NCBI GenBank assembly: GCA_963575745.1
Contig: CAUYUJ010000069.1
Coordinates: 1-64,000, forward strand
Length of the DNA stretch: 64,000 bases
Reading direction: 5' to 3'
Origin: Prorocentrum cordatum
Lineage: Eukaryota
Both the position numbers and the translations under genes were made by a program. The notes under the pieces were generated by a model that saw only the letters and a program-made list of their open reading frames with translations, had not been told where the DNA came from and did not search any database. Each line of letters starts with the position of its first letter. Positions within the stretch are counted from its first letter, which is position 1. Positions 1 through 11,700 of the stretch are shown here, one piece after another.

Positions 1-41
1 TTTGCTTCAACCCGAGGACGGGTGATTGCGCTGGCTGTGGC

Positions 42-2249
42 TTGCCGGCCTGCAGAGATCAGTTCGATGCGAGCACTAGAAGATGTTCCACATGTACCCT
101 GCAGAAGAGCGAAAGGCCAGCTGCCAACGTGCGAGAAGAAGGGGCCGCGGCGAACGCAGTCGAGTCAGAGAAAAGAACGATGAAGCTTAAAGCTATCATC
201 GCGAATCCAATCCCGTATACAGAGAGCGAACAAGAAAAAGGGCCCACCTCGAGTTCGTTCGATTTGCCGTTATTTTCGCAAGAATTTCCTGTGAGGCCCT
301 TGATGCGCCGCAACTTTACCGTTCCCGGTCCTGCTCTAGAAGGCCCGGCTAAGCCGAGCACCCCTGAGAATGGGTTTCCAATCAACACGAAATTGACAGG
401 GTCTAATGATGATAACTTTTTTGTCAAATACTACCCGTTTTCCAGGGGTGGCCCTGCGGGGCCGCCGGCGGCTAAGCCGTCGGGCGAGACAGGACAGGAC
501 AAAGCAGCGAACGACAAGAGTGACGCTCCGAACACTGAGATCATGTCGACGCGCGACGAAGATAATGCTAAACGACCATATAAATCGCCTCCAGGGGGTC
601 CGGGGGGATCGAGGCCCTCAGATGGTGGAGGCGGCCGTGGAGCACCTCAGGGCCCTGGCGGGCCGCATGATCCAAGAGGTATTGATGAAAGTACGCCGTT
701 GGACCAATGGAGACAGGTTGGAAACAATCAGAAGATTGACTTGTTGGACATCCCCGATGTTACGAACATACGGGAGCGGCAAATGCATGCAATCCGCGCG
801 ATCGCTGGGTCGTCGCCCGACAGCCAAGCAGCGCAGAACTGGATCACGGAAGCTATGAACCCAGCTGTGGGCGATAAACAACTGAAAGATGCGGGGCGCT
901 TCCAGCGTCTTGACCTCATGATCGCTACTAATCTGATAGAGAAATTCAGTAAAAATCCGAAGAAATCGCAGCCAGCCTGGTCATCACATACACTTCCTCC
1001 AGCAGATCACTCGAATGGAGTACAGCGCCCAGAGGGAAGGCTCTTAACTGGACGCGAGATGGTACGAGCCATTTGTCACTGGTGTTCTGTTAGGTCGGAG
1101 TTGGGTCAACATCGCATTTCGCGTGATATCTTCAAGGTTGTTATTGACCCACACAAGCCAGATGCTGACCTGAATCATTTCTATAATGAATGGACAAACG
1201 TATACCAACAGCTCTACGGCGCCCGACCTCCGTCTGATGAAATGAGAGTTTCGATTCATGCACACTTTATTGAATAATGCAGAAAGCCCAGCAAATTGAA
1301 TTTCGTATGCCAACTCTATGACATGTCCAAGGATAAAATGGGACATGGTGTGAAGACTTACGAATGGCTGATGGGGCAGATCGAAGGAATGATGTTGCGA
1401 GATAAAGAAGAGTGGAACATCAGCGTGCATGAGAGTACCTTGAATCAACGTGCTCGGCAGGCCAGATTAGGCGGAGGTGGGGGCAATGACAACCGACGGA
1501 ATGCCGGCGGCAAAGCCGCTCCGGCAGAAGTAGCAGCTAAACTAGGTAAACCCACCGATGTCATGAAGAGCGGATTGACTAAGGGCGAGACGACGTGTAG
1601 GTACGTGCGTAAGGGCGAAACCTGCCCGTATGCAGGGAAAGGTTGTCTTTTCAATCATAAGAAGCCCAAGAATGCCACGCCGGCTCAGCCTGTCGCGGGA
1701 AATAAGTTTAATGCCGCTCCTGGCCAGGATAAGAACCCCAGATGGAGATCCAAGGACCGAGGCCGAAAGGGGCAGAGTCGATCACAGACCCCGATGGGCG
1801 GACGTGGAAAGGGAGCGCAACAGAGAAACAGGAGTCAATCCAATCGATCGCGCGGGAAAGAGAGCACGATTCCATGCTACGCGTGGTCCCGAGATTCCAA
1901 GAATTGTCGGGGAGCAGCAGACGGTTGCAACAAAGCCCAAAGGGGGTTGACCGATGCTGAGAAGCTTGAACGCGACAAATGGGAGCAAGCGAAACTTGAC
2001 GCGGGACAATCTTTGGGATACGAGCGCACAGCCAAACAAGCCAATGCCGCCGCTGCCAACGTCTCATCGACTGGAGGCAACGGTGGCTCGAGAGCCTCCA
2101 GTAGTAACTCCGACAAGCGTAAAAAGGATGGAGACAATAATAAAGGCAAAGGCAAAGGCAAAGATATGATCTGTCGCTCCTTCAAGGAAACAGGTAAATG
2201 CTCGCGTGGCAAGGAGTGTTGGCTTGCTCAGACCACGGATGGTCGTCCG
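42..2249 (+). pseudogene. gag: gag-like region, copy 1 (capsid-like core plus three CCCH-type zinc fingers), disrupted
   Basis: ORFs 42-1277 and 1296-. Motifs FQRLDLMIATNL, GRLLTGREMVRAICHW, DLNHFYNEW. Fingers CRYVRKGETCPYAGKGCLFNH, CYAWSRDSKNC..GC, CRSFKETGKCSRGKEC. In-frame TAA at 1275-1277 where copies 2/3 read CAA. Confidence 0.7.
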
Positions 2250-2949
2250 CGACTATGGCTCCGCGCTGGCGGCTCAGCCGCCAGTGCAGGAGGAATGATG
2301 CATTTAATGCTGTTACGGGCACTCTTTCTTGTCTTCCTTGCTCGGCGGATGCGGCGAAGCCCGCGTCGGTCAAATCGAAAGCGGGGGGGTCAGAAGAAAC
2401 CCGCTGACCAAGTCAGCTTGGGTGCCATAGCGTGCCCCGCTCCATTGTTTCGGGGCCTCTCAGGGCAGAAACAGACCAGCCCTAAATTTCTGAAGGTCTT
2501 TACTGATACTGGCGGAGGAGACTACAGGAATCCCTCCAGCGATGAGTTTCACAGTGAAAGCAGGGAACAGGTCGAGAGTCTCGTCAATGTCCTTGCGAAT
2601 TTCCTGTATCCTCTTTCTCGGGACGCTATCAAGAAGTACTGGTGCGTCCCCCCTGGTAAGAGTTGCATCCGGCATCGGAAGAACGATAGGGGCAATCTCC
2701 GTGTCCGTTTTCACCCCTCTACTGAGGAGCCCACCATCGCTTGGAGGAAGGCGCGTCGCCACGACTTGAAAGAGTTGCCCTCGAGTGGCAAAGATGGGTG
2801 GGCATTCCCTGGAGAAGTGCGCAGACAGATGTCTACTCAGTCGAGGGCGTCTGCTGCGGAAGCTCTGATCAGAGCGTCGGACCTGCAGGGGCAAGTCTGG
2901 CATCTCCGATTGAGAACCGAGGAGGGGGAAGAGGGCCCACGCGGCACAG

Positions 2950-3350
2950 CCGCTGCTGGATGCACAGACAAAGACGCTGCGTATCTTGGCGCGCTGAGCT
3001 TTATTATAGACACTGGGTGTGGGTACAACCTCATAGCGGAGAGATACATTAGAAGTGCAGGTGCAATGATATTGATTCGAAAGCTTCCGCAATCGATCAC
3101 TCTGAATACTGCTGGGGGAGAATCAAAGGCCCAAAGGCCCTCGGTTCAGTTCGCATCGCATGTCCCAAATTTAAGGGTGGTAGTTTCAATGCTTTAGTCA
3201 TGCCGGAGACCCCGTGCGTGATTTCGGTAGGAGAGTGGTGCATGGATCACGGCTTTAGCTTCTTCTGGCCAGCAGGCCAAAGACCCTACTTGTTGTTGCC
3301 CAATGGCCACAGAGTGGACCTGGCCGTTGAGGGCAAGATACCATACTTGA
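2950..3350 (+). pseudogene. retropepsin-type aspartic protease domain, frameshifted near 3130-3200
   Basis: FIIDTGCGYNLI active-site motif at ~3000-3035, LNTAGG flap, then ETPCVISVG..CMDHGFSFFW in the next frame. Confidence 0.8.
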
Positions 3351-5641
3351 CCCTGTCAGGCAAAGAGGCGCTGGGTCAGTGGATGTGCGCGGTTGCCGCC
3401 GGAGGGAGTGAACCCCCCGAGCGGTGGTGTTGCGTGACGCCAGGCGCCAAGGCATTCCTGGACAATGTGGAATCGGCCCCATGCTGTTCAGACTCGCGTG
3501 ACCATGACCTGCGTACACATGAGTTGATTGGTACCCACAGCTACGCTGAGGGACGGCCGACTGAGATCGCGCCCGCCTTTCCGTCATCGATAGACTCTGC
3601 GGATACCATCACCTACTTCTACGATTCGCCTCAAAAGGCTAGTGAAAGCGGTTGGAATCGGACGCCGACCGGCATCGCTGCCTTCAAAAGTCTTTCAACT
3701 TGGCCCGGCCACGGTCAAGCCGTCGGTCAGCGCGACGAGCAGCCCGGCAAAGCCGAGGCCTGCGTTGCCGCATACAGGAGCCCCTATGGGTATGGAGTCT
3801 CGGGATATCTTCCTTATGAGATAAATCGAGGACTGGGCTCCAGTGCGTGCGACGCGGCCCCAGGACCCGAGGAGGGTGAAGTTGGAGACGCTGACGGCGT
3901 CGACTTAGTCGACGTCGACGCACCGCCAGATATAGACCCAGACGATGCGGAGGTTGAGGTGCCGGAGACCCTTGCCGAGCGGCTCAAAAAGGCCACAGCC
4001 TCCCTGCCGCACCTTCTAACTCAGACTCCCAAGAACCCATATTGTTCAGTATGCAATTGGGCTAAAGCTATCAGAAAGCAACAGCGCAAGGCGCAAAACA
4101 AAGGACTAAAGGTTCCCCGCCCATACGCTAACCCCACTTCGTTCGGACACCTGACGACGATGGACCATTGGTTTGCGATGGAGGAACTATCGCGGGGGCT
4201 CCACGATGAGACCGCGTGCGTGATTTTTCGCGACCGAGCTACGAATTTTCTTGCCGCTCAGGGTGTACACGACAAGTCTGCGGTTCACGTTTGTAACTTT
4301 TTGGTGAACCTGAAAGCCCCGGAGGAGAAGTTAGAATTTTGTTATACAGATGGTGCAAGAGATCTTGCGAGGGCATGTTACGAGCTCAATATTGCCCATG
4401 ATCCTACCATCACCGGAAATAAGAAACATAACGCTGTTGCTGAGCGTGCAAATGGTGTGGTACAGATGGGGACCAGAGCCTTGCTCATGCAGGCTGGTCT
4501 TCCACCGCCATATTGGACCTATGCAGTCCGATACTTCTGTCTATGCTATAACACCAGGACCCCAGCGGAGGGACAGCCAAGTTGGGAGCGACGCTTTGGA
4601 TGTAGATTTGATGCTCCACTCCTTCCCTTTGGGTCCCTCGTACGTTATGCGCCTCCACCTGCGTCTAGGTTTCGGACCGCCAAGACTGGCGCAACGATGA
4701 TTCCGGGGATATACTTGGGGTATGTGCACAAAGCGGGGGGATTGGTTGGACCAGACAGTTATGTTGTGCCGTTGAGACAACTGGACGGTCTGAACATGGA
4801 GTCCGGGCGTACCCCAGAGGGTAAACGACCCACCATTGCGAAGTCCGATCAGGTGTACAGCAACTTCTTAGATGGTACTGCTGATGACCAATCGCCCCAA
4901 TTTCCTTTGCGAAAAGCGTACGACAAAGCGGTGACCGAAGTACGTTCCGTCACGATCCCTACAGCAGGAGAAGCTGCGGCCGTCCCAGACGGACCACAAC
5001 CAGCAACAGGGATACGACCGGACAACTTATTTGGCGCCGACGATCCTGCTGTTGTCATGCCACCGCCTTCCCAAGGAGGCGAGGACTCTCCACACTTCGA
5101 CTCAGAGGCCGAATTAGAAGACGACGGCCCCGGGGGATTGCGCGTGGATGACGAGCCTATGGTAGTTGACGGCAGAGATCCACAGCGCGATTCCCATCCA
5201 GCAGCTCAGAACCAAAAACTGGGACTCGCACAACGTGAATACCGTTTGGGCAGACAGTCCAACTTCTCAGCGGCTAAGCCGCGCGAGAAGGTTCCCGGGA
5301 AAGGACAACTACTTGCTCGAACAATTCAAAACCTGGACACGATGGAATACTTTGAGGATAGACGAAATGTTGCTGGACTGACAAAAGAAGAGTTGACGCA
5401 GACGCTCCCGTTGACAGGTCGCCGAAAGACATGTAGCATTCGAGTTGTTCTTTACTATGATCCCGATTACGCGCCTATAACTCGCGTGTCGGTCACTGAC
5501 CGAGACCCGAAATACAGTGCCCAATGGCTGGAAAAGCTACCTGAATCCACCAGTGCTGGGATCCATCCTGGACGATGGTTCAGCATGAATCATGCACAGC
5601 GCCGACAGGCCGTGGAACAATACAAGGCAGAAAAGAGATGA
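3200..5641 (+). CDS. pol: pol fragment: protease C-terminus, integrase zinc-binding motif, DDE integrase core and long C-terminal region
   Basis: 813-aa ORF with HLLT(Q/H)TPKNPYCSVC, TMDH, YTDG, NAVAERAN, LMQAGLPPPYWTYAVRYFC, LLPFGSLV and PGIYLGY, typical of copia integrase. Confidence 0.85.
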   Translation: MPETPCVISVGEWCMDHGFSFFWPAGQRPYLLLPNGHRVDLAVEGKIPYLTLSGKEALGQWMCAVAAGGSEPPERWCCVTPGAKAFLDNVESAPCCSDSRDHDLRTHELIGTHSYAEGRPTEIAPAFPSSIDSADTITYFYDSPQKASESGWNRTPTGIAAFKSLSTWPGHGQAVGQRDEQPGKAEACVAAYRSPYGYGVSGYLPYEINRGLGSSACDAAPGPEEGEVGDADGVDLVDVDAPPDIDPDDAEVEVPETLAERLKKATASLPHLLTQTPKNPYCSVCNWAKAIRKQQRKAQNKGLKVPRPYANPTSFGHLTTMDHWFAMEELSRGLHDETACVIFRDRATNFLAAQGVHDKSAVHVCNFLVNLKAPEEKLEFCYTDGARDLARACYELNIAHDPTITGNKKHNAVAERANGVVQMGTRALLMQAGLPPPYWTYAVRYFCLCYNTRTPAEGQPSWERRFGCRFDAPLLPFGSLVRYAPPPASRFRTAKTGATMIPGIYLGYVHKAGGLVGPDSYVVPLRQLDGLNMESGRTPEGKRPTIAKSDQVYSNFLDGTADDQSPQFPLRKAYDKAVTEVRSVTIPTAGEAAAVPDGPQPATGIRPDNLFGADDPAVVMPPPSQGGEDSPHFDSEAELEDDGPGGLRVDDEPMVVDGRDPQRDSHPAAQNQKLGLAQREYRLGRQSNFSAAKPREKVPGKGQLLARTIQNLDTMEYFEDRRNVAGLTKEELTQTLPLTGRRKTCSIRVVLYYDPDYAPITRVSVTDRDPKYSAQWLEKLPESTSAGIHPGRWFSMNHAQRRQAVEQYKAEKR

Positions 5642-6256
5642 TTTTTCAGTATAGAAGATCCTGGCCCTTGTCTTGGTCTTCTGCGTGATATTGGCCTGGA
5701 TGTGGATGGTCCGCCGATTCCGCCCGAACCCGCAGAGGCTCAGCCACTTGCGGCATTTCCTGAAGCCAGGCTAGCAGCACCGCAGGTGGCTGAGCGGCTC
5801 CGTCGTTCGAGGGAGGGCAGCCTGTGCTACACCCCTTGCAGCGGACGTGGGGCGGCGTCGCGGCTCGCACAGGGCGGCCAAGCCGCAGCTGTGGCTGCTG
5901 AGTCCTCTGGGGAAGGTGATTCCGACGAACATCTTTCGGATGATGAGGACGTTTGGTGGAAGCAGACATGGTGCGGAGGCACAATTGCACGAGACGGAAT
6001 TCCCTCCGGCTCAGCCCGTAGGGGCACGCTGTCCGATGACGATGAGACTGAGGACATTCATGAGGAAAGCCTGACCTTGAGTCCGGCGGCCGCCGCGTCG
6101 AGGAGAAGCATGCCTCGAATGCCGTTGCAGGATGGCTCGGCTTCAGTTTTCAGTCATCGTGTAAAAGATTTGATTTGCAATAGTTTACAGCCTTTTTACT
6201 GACCTCATCTCAGTCATCGACGAACCCTTCCAACTTCCCAACGACTGGCAACATAC

Positions 6257-6572
6257 CTACATTGATGCCGCTGTCGCCAGATCCGTTTCAAAGGACGAGG
6301 CCAAAGCGAACAAAGACGCCCAAGCTGCCTTGAGAAAAGAATGGGATATATTGTGTGACATTGGCACATGGAAAGAGAATGGCGTCAGAGAGTGCTCTGA
6401 CGTTGTCGCCGAACTCAAGGGACAGACGGCCCACTTCGGCCGGCTGTTTGCGATCCGCGTTGAAAAGAACTCAGAGTTACCGTTAAAACACAAAGATCGC
6501 AAGTACAAAGGTCGGGTAGTTTTTGGTTCGAGCGTGAGAGATCAGAATAAGGATGTTGCATTGTTTCGATAA
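6257..6572 (+). pseudogene. N-terminal fragment of copia-type reverse transcriptase, truncated
   Basis: AALRKEWD..DIGTW...HFGRLFAIRVEKNSEL...KYKGRVVF..SVRDQ, then TAA. I find no YVDD motif or RNase H downstream. Same breakpoint in all three copies. Confidence 0.8.
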
Positions 6573-6641
6573 TGCTGTATTCAGCGTTGCAAAGGCGGTT
6601 GTCCCTCATCGAGCGATTTGGTCAATCATCAGGCAAATTTC

Positions 6642-6658
6642 TGGTTATCAGCCGAAAG
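6642..6658 (+). promoter_or_regulatory. second, internal copy of the primer-binding site
   Basis: TGGTTATCAGCCGAAAG is identical to 8771-8787; also present at 17559-17575 and 28717-28733. Confidence 0.65.
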
Positions 6659-7390
6659 TCTCTCCATGAGCTCGTCTTCGGCGGTGCGGCATTTTTCCCA
6701 TCAGCCAGGGTGGTAGCAGCGGTCGCTTTACCAAAGAATGGGCTTCGCACGTGCGCTCTGATTGTGGCGCCCGAGAACCGGGATGCGAAGTCGGCGTCGC
6801 CGTCATGTGCTCCAGTCAGCGCTCTGGTCACGGGGGCGGGGGGCCGGACATTCAAGGAAAGAGGGGGCACCTGCGGCCAAGCCGCCAGGTGCCGACGATG
6901 TCACGACAGAGGGGGCAGTCGTTTCCTCCCCTCTGTGAAGGCCAGATAGTCAGGGTTGAGTAGCCTGGCTCGACATCTTCTGGCAAATACAGCTATCGCG
7001 CTTGAAACCAGACACAGTGTCAAGAGGAAGCTCACGGAGCGCTTTGCACGCGGTGTTTTCCCCACGTCGGAAACAAAGGTGTCGTTCGTGTCAACGTCGG
7101 CCTGCCCCGCGTCACGACGGAACAGACCGCGGGCGCCTGCAGCCCTTCAGGCAGGCGCGTCCCCGGGCAAGAGACACCCCATCATAATGGGCGCACTCGG
7201 CCCGTGGGGGTGGGCACATAATTCAAAGATGCTTGTGCCCTTGTTGCAGTGTTTCGACAAGTTGCATTCGCTGTCACAGTGCGCAGTCGTCGGGCCTCTT
7301 CGGCCCTTAGCCCCCTGGTGGCCACCGTTGAGCGGCAGAAGTTTTTTGCGGTTCGTTCCGGTGGTTCCAACCCCCCAAATCTTTGCGAAG

Positions 7391-8110
7391 TCGCCAGGCC
7401 GATTTTGCTGGAGGGTCAGGAATCCCTGGGATCCCTGGGATCCCTGAGCTTGCACAGGGATGGTGACGTCGCATCCCTGGAATCCCTGGGGTCCCTGAGC
7501 CTGCTCAGGGATCGTGACTTGGCATCCCTGGAATCCCTGGGATCCCTGAGACATCATAGTTTGCTGACCACCGACGTCGCGATCCCTGCGCAGGCTCAGG
7601 GATCCCAGGGATTCTGAGCGCGGGATCGCTGGTGGATCCCCAGGTCGGTTTTGCTGGAGGGTTAGGAATCCCTGGGGCCCCTGGGATCCCTGAGCCTGCA
7701 CAGGGATCGTGACTTCGCACCCCTGGAAGCCCTGGGATCCCTGAGCCTGCTCAGGGATCGTGACTTGCCATCCTTGGAATCCCTGGGGTCCCTGAGAAAT
7801 CATATGGTTTGCTGACAACCGACGTCGCGATCCCTGAGCAGGCTCAGGGATCCCAGGGATTCTGAGCGCGGGATCGCTGGTGGATCCCCAGGTCGGTTTT
7901 GCTGGGGGGTTAGGAATCCCTGGGGTCCCTGGAATCCTTGAGCCTGCACAGGGATCGTGACTTCGCATCCCCGGAAGCCCTGGGGCCCCTGAGCCTGCTC
8001 AGGGATCGTGACTTCGCATCCCTGGAATCGCTGGGATCCCTGAGCCTGCACAGCGATCGTCACTTAGCATCCCTGTGCATCCCTGGAATGCCTGAGAAAT
8101 CATATGGTTC
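7391..8110. repeat. higher-order tandem repeat (~47-bp subunits within ~248-bp units) inside copy 1
   Basis: Recurring ccctggaatccctgggatccctgagcctgc(a/t)cagggatcgtgacttcgcat, with 248-bp period and an inverted subunit in each unit. Confidence 0.9.
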
Positions 8111-8419
8111 GCTTATCGTTCTTGTTCTCCCAAAGGCGGGGGAAGCGGACGCTTGCATCTTCTGAGGTTGAGGGGGAAAAGGAGGAGGAGGAGGAGGAGG
8201 AGGAGGATGGACGAGGTGAAAGAGGGGAAGGAGATGCAGGATCAAGTGGTTGGCTCTCCAGATGACGTTCATTATTCGATGCCGCCGTCTCAGGGCGAGA
8301 ACCGAATCTGGCAGTAAAGAAAATGCGAGTGCGATCAGCGCGAACCGCGATGAAAATCAGTGGGTGCTGGGGGGGGGGGGCAGGGGTGCTGTGGCCGGAT
8401 GGGCTCTACGAGGCCCGCC

Positions 8420-8429
8420 GCGGGGGGAG
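8420..8429 (+). promoter_or_regulatory. polypurine tract immediately 5' of the LTR
   Basis: gcGGGGGGAG directly followed by TG; same at 19409-19418 and 30526-30535. Confidence 0.7.
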
Positions 8430-8769
8430 TGAATCAGCTCCTCTCCGCCTCATATTCATATTGCTTGTTGTATCACTTGCATTGCTGCGCACTGTCTGAT
8501 TATGATTGCGGTGGTTATCCGCAGCTGTATGTTTGCTTACAGGAGATAAAAGGTGCGAGCTGGTCCGCTCGCGCGCGCCGCGGGGTCGCCCCCGCGTCGT
8601 CGTCGCGTCGTCGGCCGGCCGGCCACCTCACTTACCATTCCTGATAGAGTAAAGTTGCTTACTGGTTACTTGTCTTATCGATGTCTCATCCCGTACCCTC
8701 TCCCGCTGAGCAGAGTGAACATGAAATCTTAGTTCCTTTGTCATCCTACCCCGATTCTCAGAGGAAAGA
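8430..8769 (+). repeat. LTR shared between copies 1 and 2
   Basis: Begins TG after the PPT and ends 2 nt before the PBS. Homologous to 19419-19758 and 30536-30877. Alternative 3' end is CA at 8760. Confidence 0.8.
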
Positions 8770-8770
8770 T

Positions 8771-8787
8771 TGGTTATCAGCCGAAAG
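8771..8787 (+). promoter_or_regulatory. primer-binding site (half-tRNA type)
   Basis: GGTTATCAGCCGAA directly after the LTR; also at 19760-19776 and absent after the terminal LTR. Confidence 0.7.
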
Positions 8788-8794
8788 CCGCGAC

Positions 8795-11700
8795 ATGGTC
8801 GAAGAGGGCTCATATCAGCCAGAAACATGGACTTCTGATGAACCACGCGACTCAGTCGCTGCGGGTATGAGCTATGATAAGACAGATGAAATTTCCGTCA
8901 CTTCGCGAAGCGCAGAGCATTATGTTGTACAACATGACGGACATGATCCACAGGAGAGCGGCCCTGGTCAAGGCCGCTTTCTTTCTTCTTATACCGCCGC
9001 TCGGGTCTCTAGGGGTAGAAGCACTGAAGAGGCTTTTGAGACGTCGGAAGATGGCTCTCCCTCTAGAGCTCCGATCGGTAATCGCGAACAAACCCCAGAC
9101 CCGCATGGACGGAATGGCACAACAGCGAGGTCTAGACGAGGAGCATTCTCGTCTTTGATTGCCGAATCGACGGAGTCAATCAGTCCCATTCCGATTGCTA
9201 CACATACATTCGTACCGGCCGCTGGTGAAGCCAGTCGATCGGGGGAAGCCCACGAGTCCACAGGCGTGTACCCCAACGTCCCAGGCGGATGGGAAGGCAC
9301 GAGTGGACATGTTCCCATCCCAATAGCATTGGTCGGACAATTTGGCCAGGATAGTGATGATCGAACTGATAGAGAGCATGAATGAAATAAACTCAATGGA
9401 GGAAGATCTTGATTATGCCAACAAAGGAGTGTCCCTGAGCCGAGAATTGTCCCGAGCCGAGAATTGTCCTCATTAATGGAAGCAGACCACCCCGCCCAAG
9501 GCGAGAGGTGGCCCCCAGATGGATCAGATGAAGATACAAGTGGCCCGACGCCTCAGGCGGACAAGGCTGAGACTCAGGCGAAGCATGATAGGGAGTCTAC
9601 AGGACGGACTCCTGCACCTCAATTCAAGATGCAGAGAAACGAGGATTACGATTTAAACGACTCACGGCTCAAAACAGGTTTCTATCATCCCGTCGTCGCC
9701 TCAGGCGATTGGCAACCTTCGGTGCCGGCCGCGGTCGAGGATGAAGAAATGGTTGGACAACCAGCTTCGTGCACTGAGCTTATCAGACTGGACGAAAGGG
9801 ATGAGGAGCTTCGGGAGGTACCTAAACCCAGAGAAAGTACGTTTGTGCGCCCTCGATCGGACGTTTCTAGTAGGGGAAGACCCAAAATGCCAAGATCAGG
9901 AGCGAGATCTACTTCAAGGAGCAACAGCAATATCTCCATGATGGACGCATGCTGGAACTGGAATTCTGACTGCGCGCCTCAGGCGGAGAGCAGATGCCCG
10001 GGTAAAACCAACAAGCCAGAAGGTGCACGTAGGCATCCAGTATGCAAGAGTTGCTCTGAGGCATGCCCGAAGTGCACCACCCAATGGTTGCGTGAAGATT
10101 GCTGCCATATGGACGAGCATAACTGCACATATCTTCTTATACACAGAATGCAGGATCAGGCTAGACTCGCCGAAACCAAGACTCAGCAGGAGTTCCTGGC
10201 AATCGAAGCGCAGTTGGCCGAAAGGGCCCGACTGGATCGAGAGGAAGTGATTGCAACCATGGAAGAAGTTCTGAAGACGCTCGAGGCTGAAAAGGCTTGC
10301 TCTAGCCAAGGCTGCCAGAGAGCGAGAACAAGAACTGGTGGAACAGGTGCACCATCAGACCGCGGCCGCTAAGCGGCAGGCGGAGAGAGAAGCCGAAAAT
10401 AGATATATCGAGATGCTGGCTTCAGAACGACAGGACGCTGTGGCGGCGACTAATCAGTCTGTTGATGCCAAAACGGTCACCGCTGCTGTTGCGGCGGCTA
10501 GAGTAGAAGGGGAACATATCGCTACAGCCAGGGCGGAACGAGAGAAACAGGAGCTTCAAGAAAAGCTTAAAAACGCCAGGCTGGAAGTGGTTAACACCCA
10601 AGTTGTAGCTGCGAAAATAGCTGACCAGAACAATCAATATCGAGAGGAACTCAAGTCACATGAGAATGCCAGAGCATCCCTGCAGCGCATGCAAGTGAGC
10701 AAAGATAAATGCCCGCCGGCTAAGCCAGCTGGGACGGACAGGCGACCGTCACCGACGGCTCAGTCGTCTGGTACAACGTCCGTTCCGCCCCAGCCTGACT
10801 TGACAACCATAGTGAACGCGGGATCGTCAACTTTGCAGGTGAGGGCTGCACCGCAGCCTCGACCCGCGAAAAGGGGAGAAACTAACACAGCGATTCTCAC
10901 AGTTTCTCAGTTTTGCCCAGCGTGCTCCAACCCGAAGACGGGTGATTGCGCTGGTTGTGGTTTGCCGGCTTGCAAAGATCATTTCGATGCGATTACTAAA
11001 AGATGCTCCAAATGTATTCTACAGAGGAGCGAAAGGTCAGCTGCCAACATTCGAGAAGAAGAGGCCATGGTGAATGCAGTCGAGTCAGGGAAAACAGTGA
11101 TGAAGGTTAAAGCTATCATCGCGAATCCATTCCCGCGCGCTGCGAGTGGACAAAGAAATAGCGTTCACCTCGAGTTCGTTCGACTTGCCGTTACCTTCAC
11201 AAGAAACTCCTGTGAGGTCCTTGATGCGCCACAACTTTACCGTTCCCGGTCCTGCTCTCGAAGGTCTGGCTAAGCCGAGCACCCCTGAGAATGGATTACC
11301 AAAATCAACATGAAATTGGCAGGATCCAACGATGATGACCGTTTTGTCAACTATCATCCATTTTCCAGGGATGGACCTGCGAGGCCGCCGGCGGCTAAGC
11401 CGTCTGGCGGGGCAGGGCAGGACAAAGAAGGGGATGGCAAGAGTGACGCGCCGAGCACTGAGATTATGTCGACGCGCGACGAAGATAACGCTAAACGACC
11501 AGACAAATCGCCTCCTGGGAGTCCGGGGGGATCGGGGCCCTCAGATGGTGGAGGCGGCCGTTGAGGACCTCAGGGCCCTGGCGGGCCGCATGGCCTAGGA
11601 GGTATTGATGAAAGTACGCCGTTGGACCAGTGGAGACAGGTTGGAAACAATCAGAAGATTGACTTGTTGGACATCCCCGATGTTACAAACATGCGGGAGT

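Larger units (their letters stand above)
1..8769 (+). mobile_element. Ty1/copia-like LTR retrotransposon, tandem copy 1 (5' part outside window, RT truncated, non-autonomous)
   Basis: Domain order gag-protease-integrase-RT, then PPT and LTR. Position 1 aligns with ~10920 (copy 2) and ~21890 (copy 3). Confidence 0.9.

Noticed and set aside
6572..7447. ORFs after the RT breakpoint as a captured gene or env-like gene
   Set aside because: No recognisable motifs on either strand; presence in all three copies only reflects tandem duplication.
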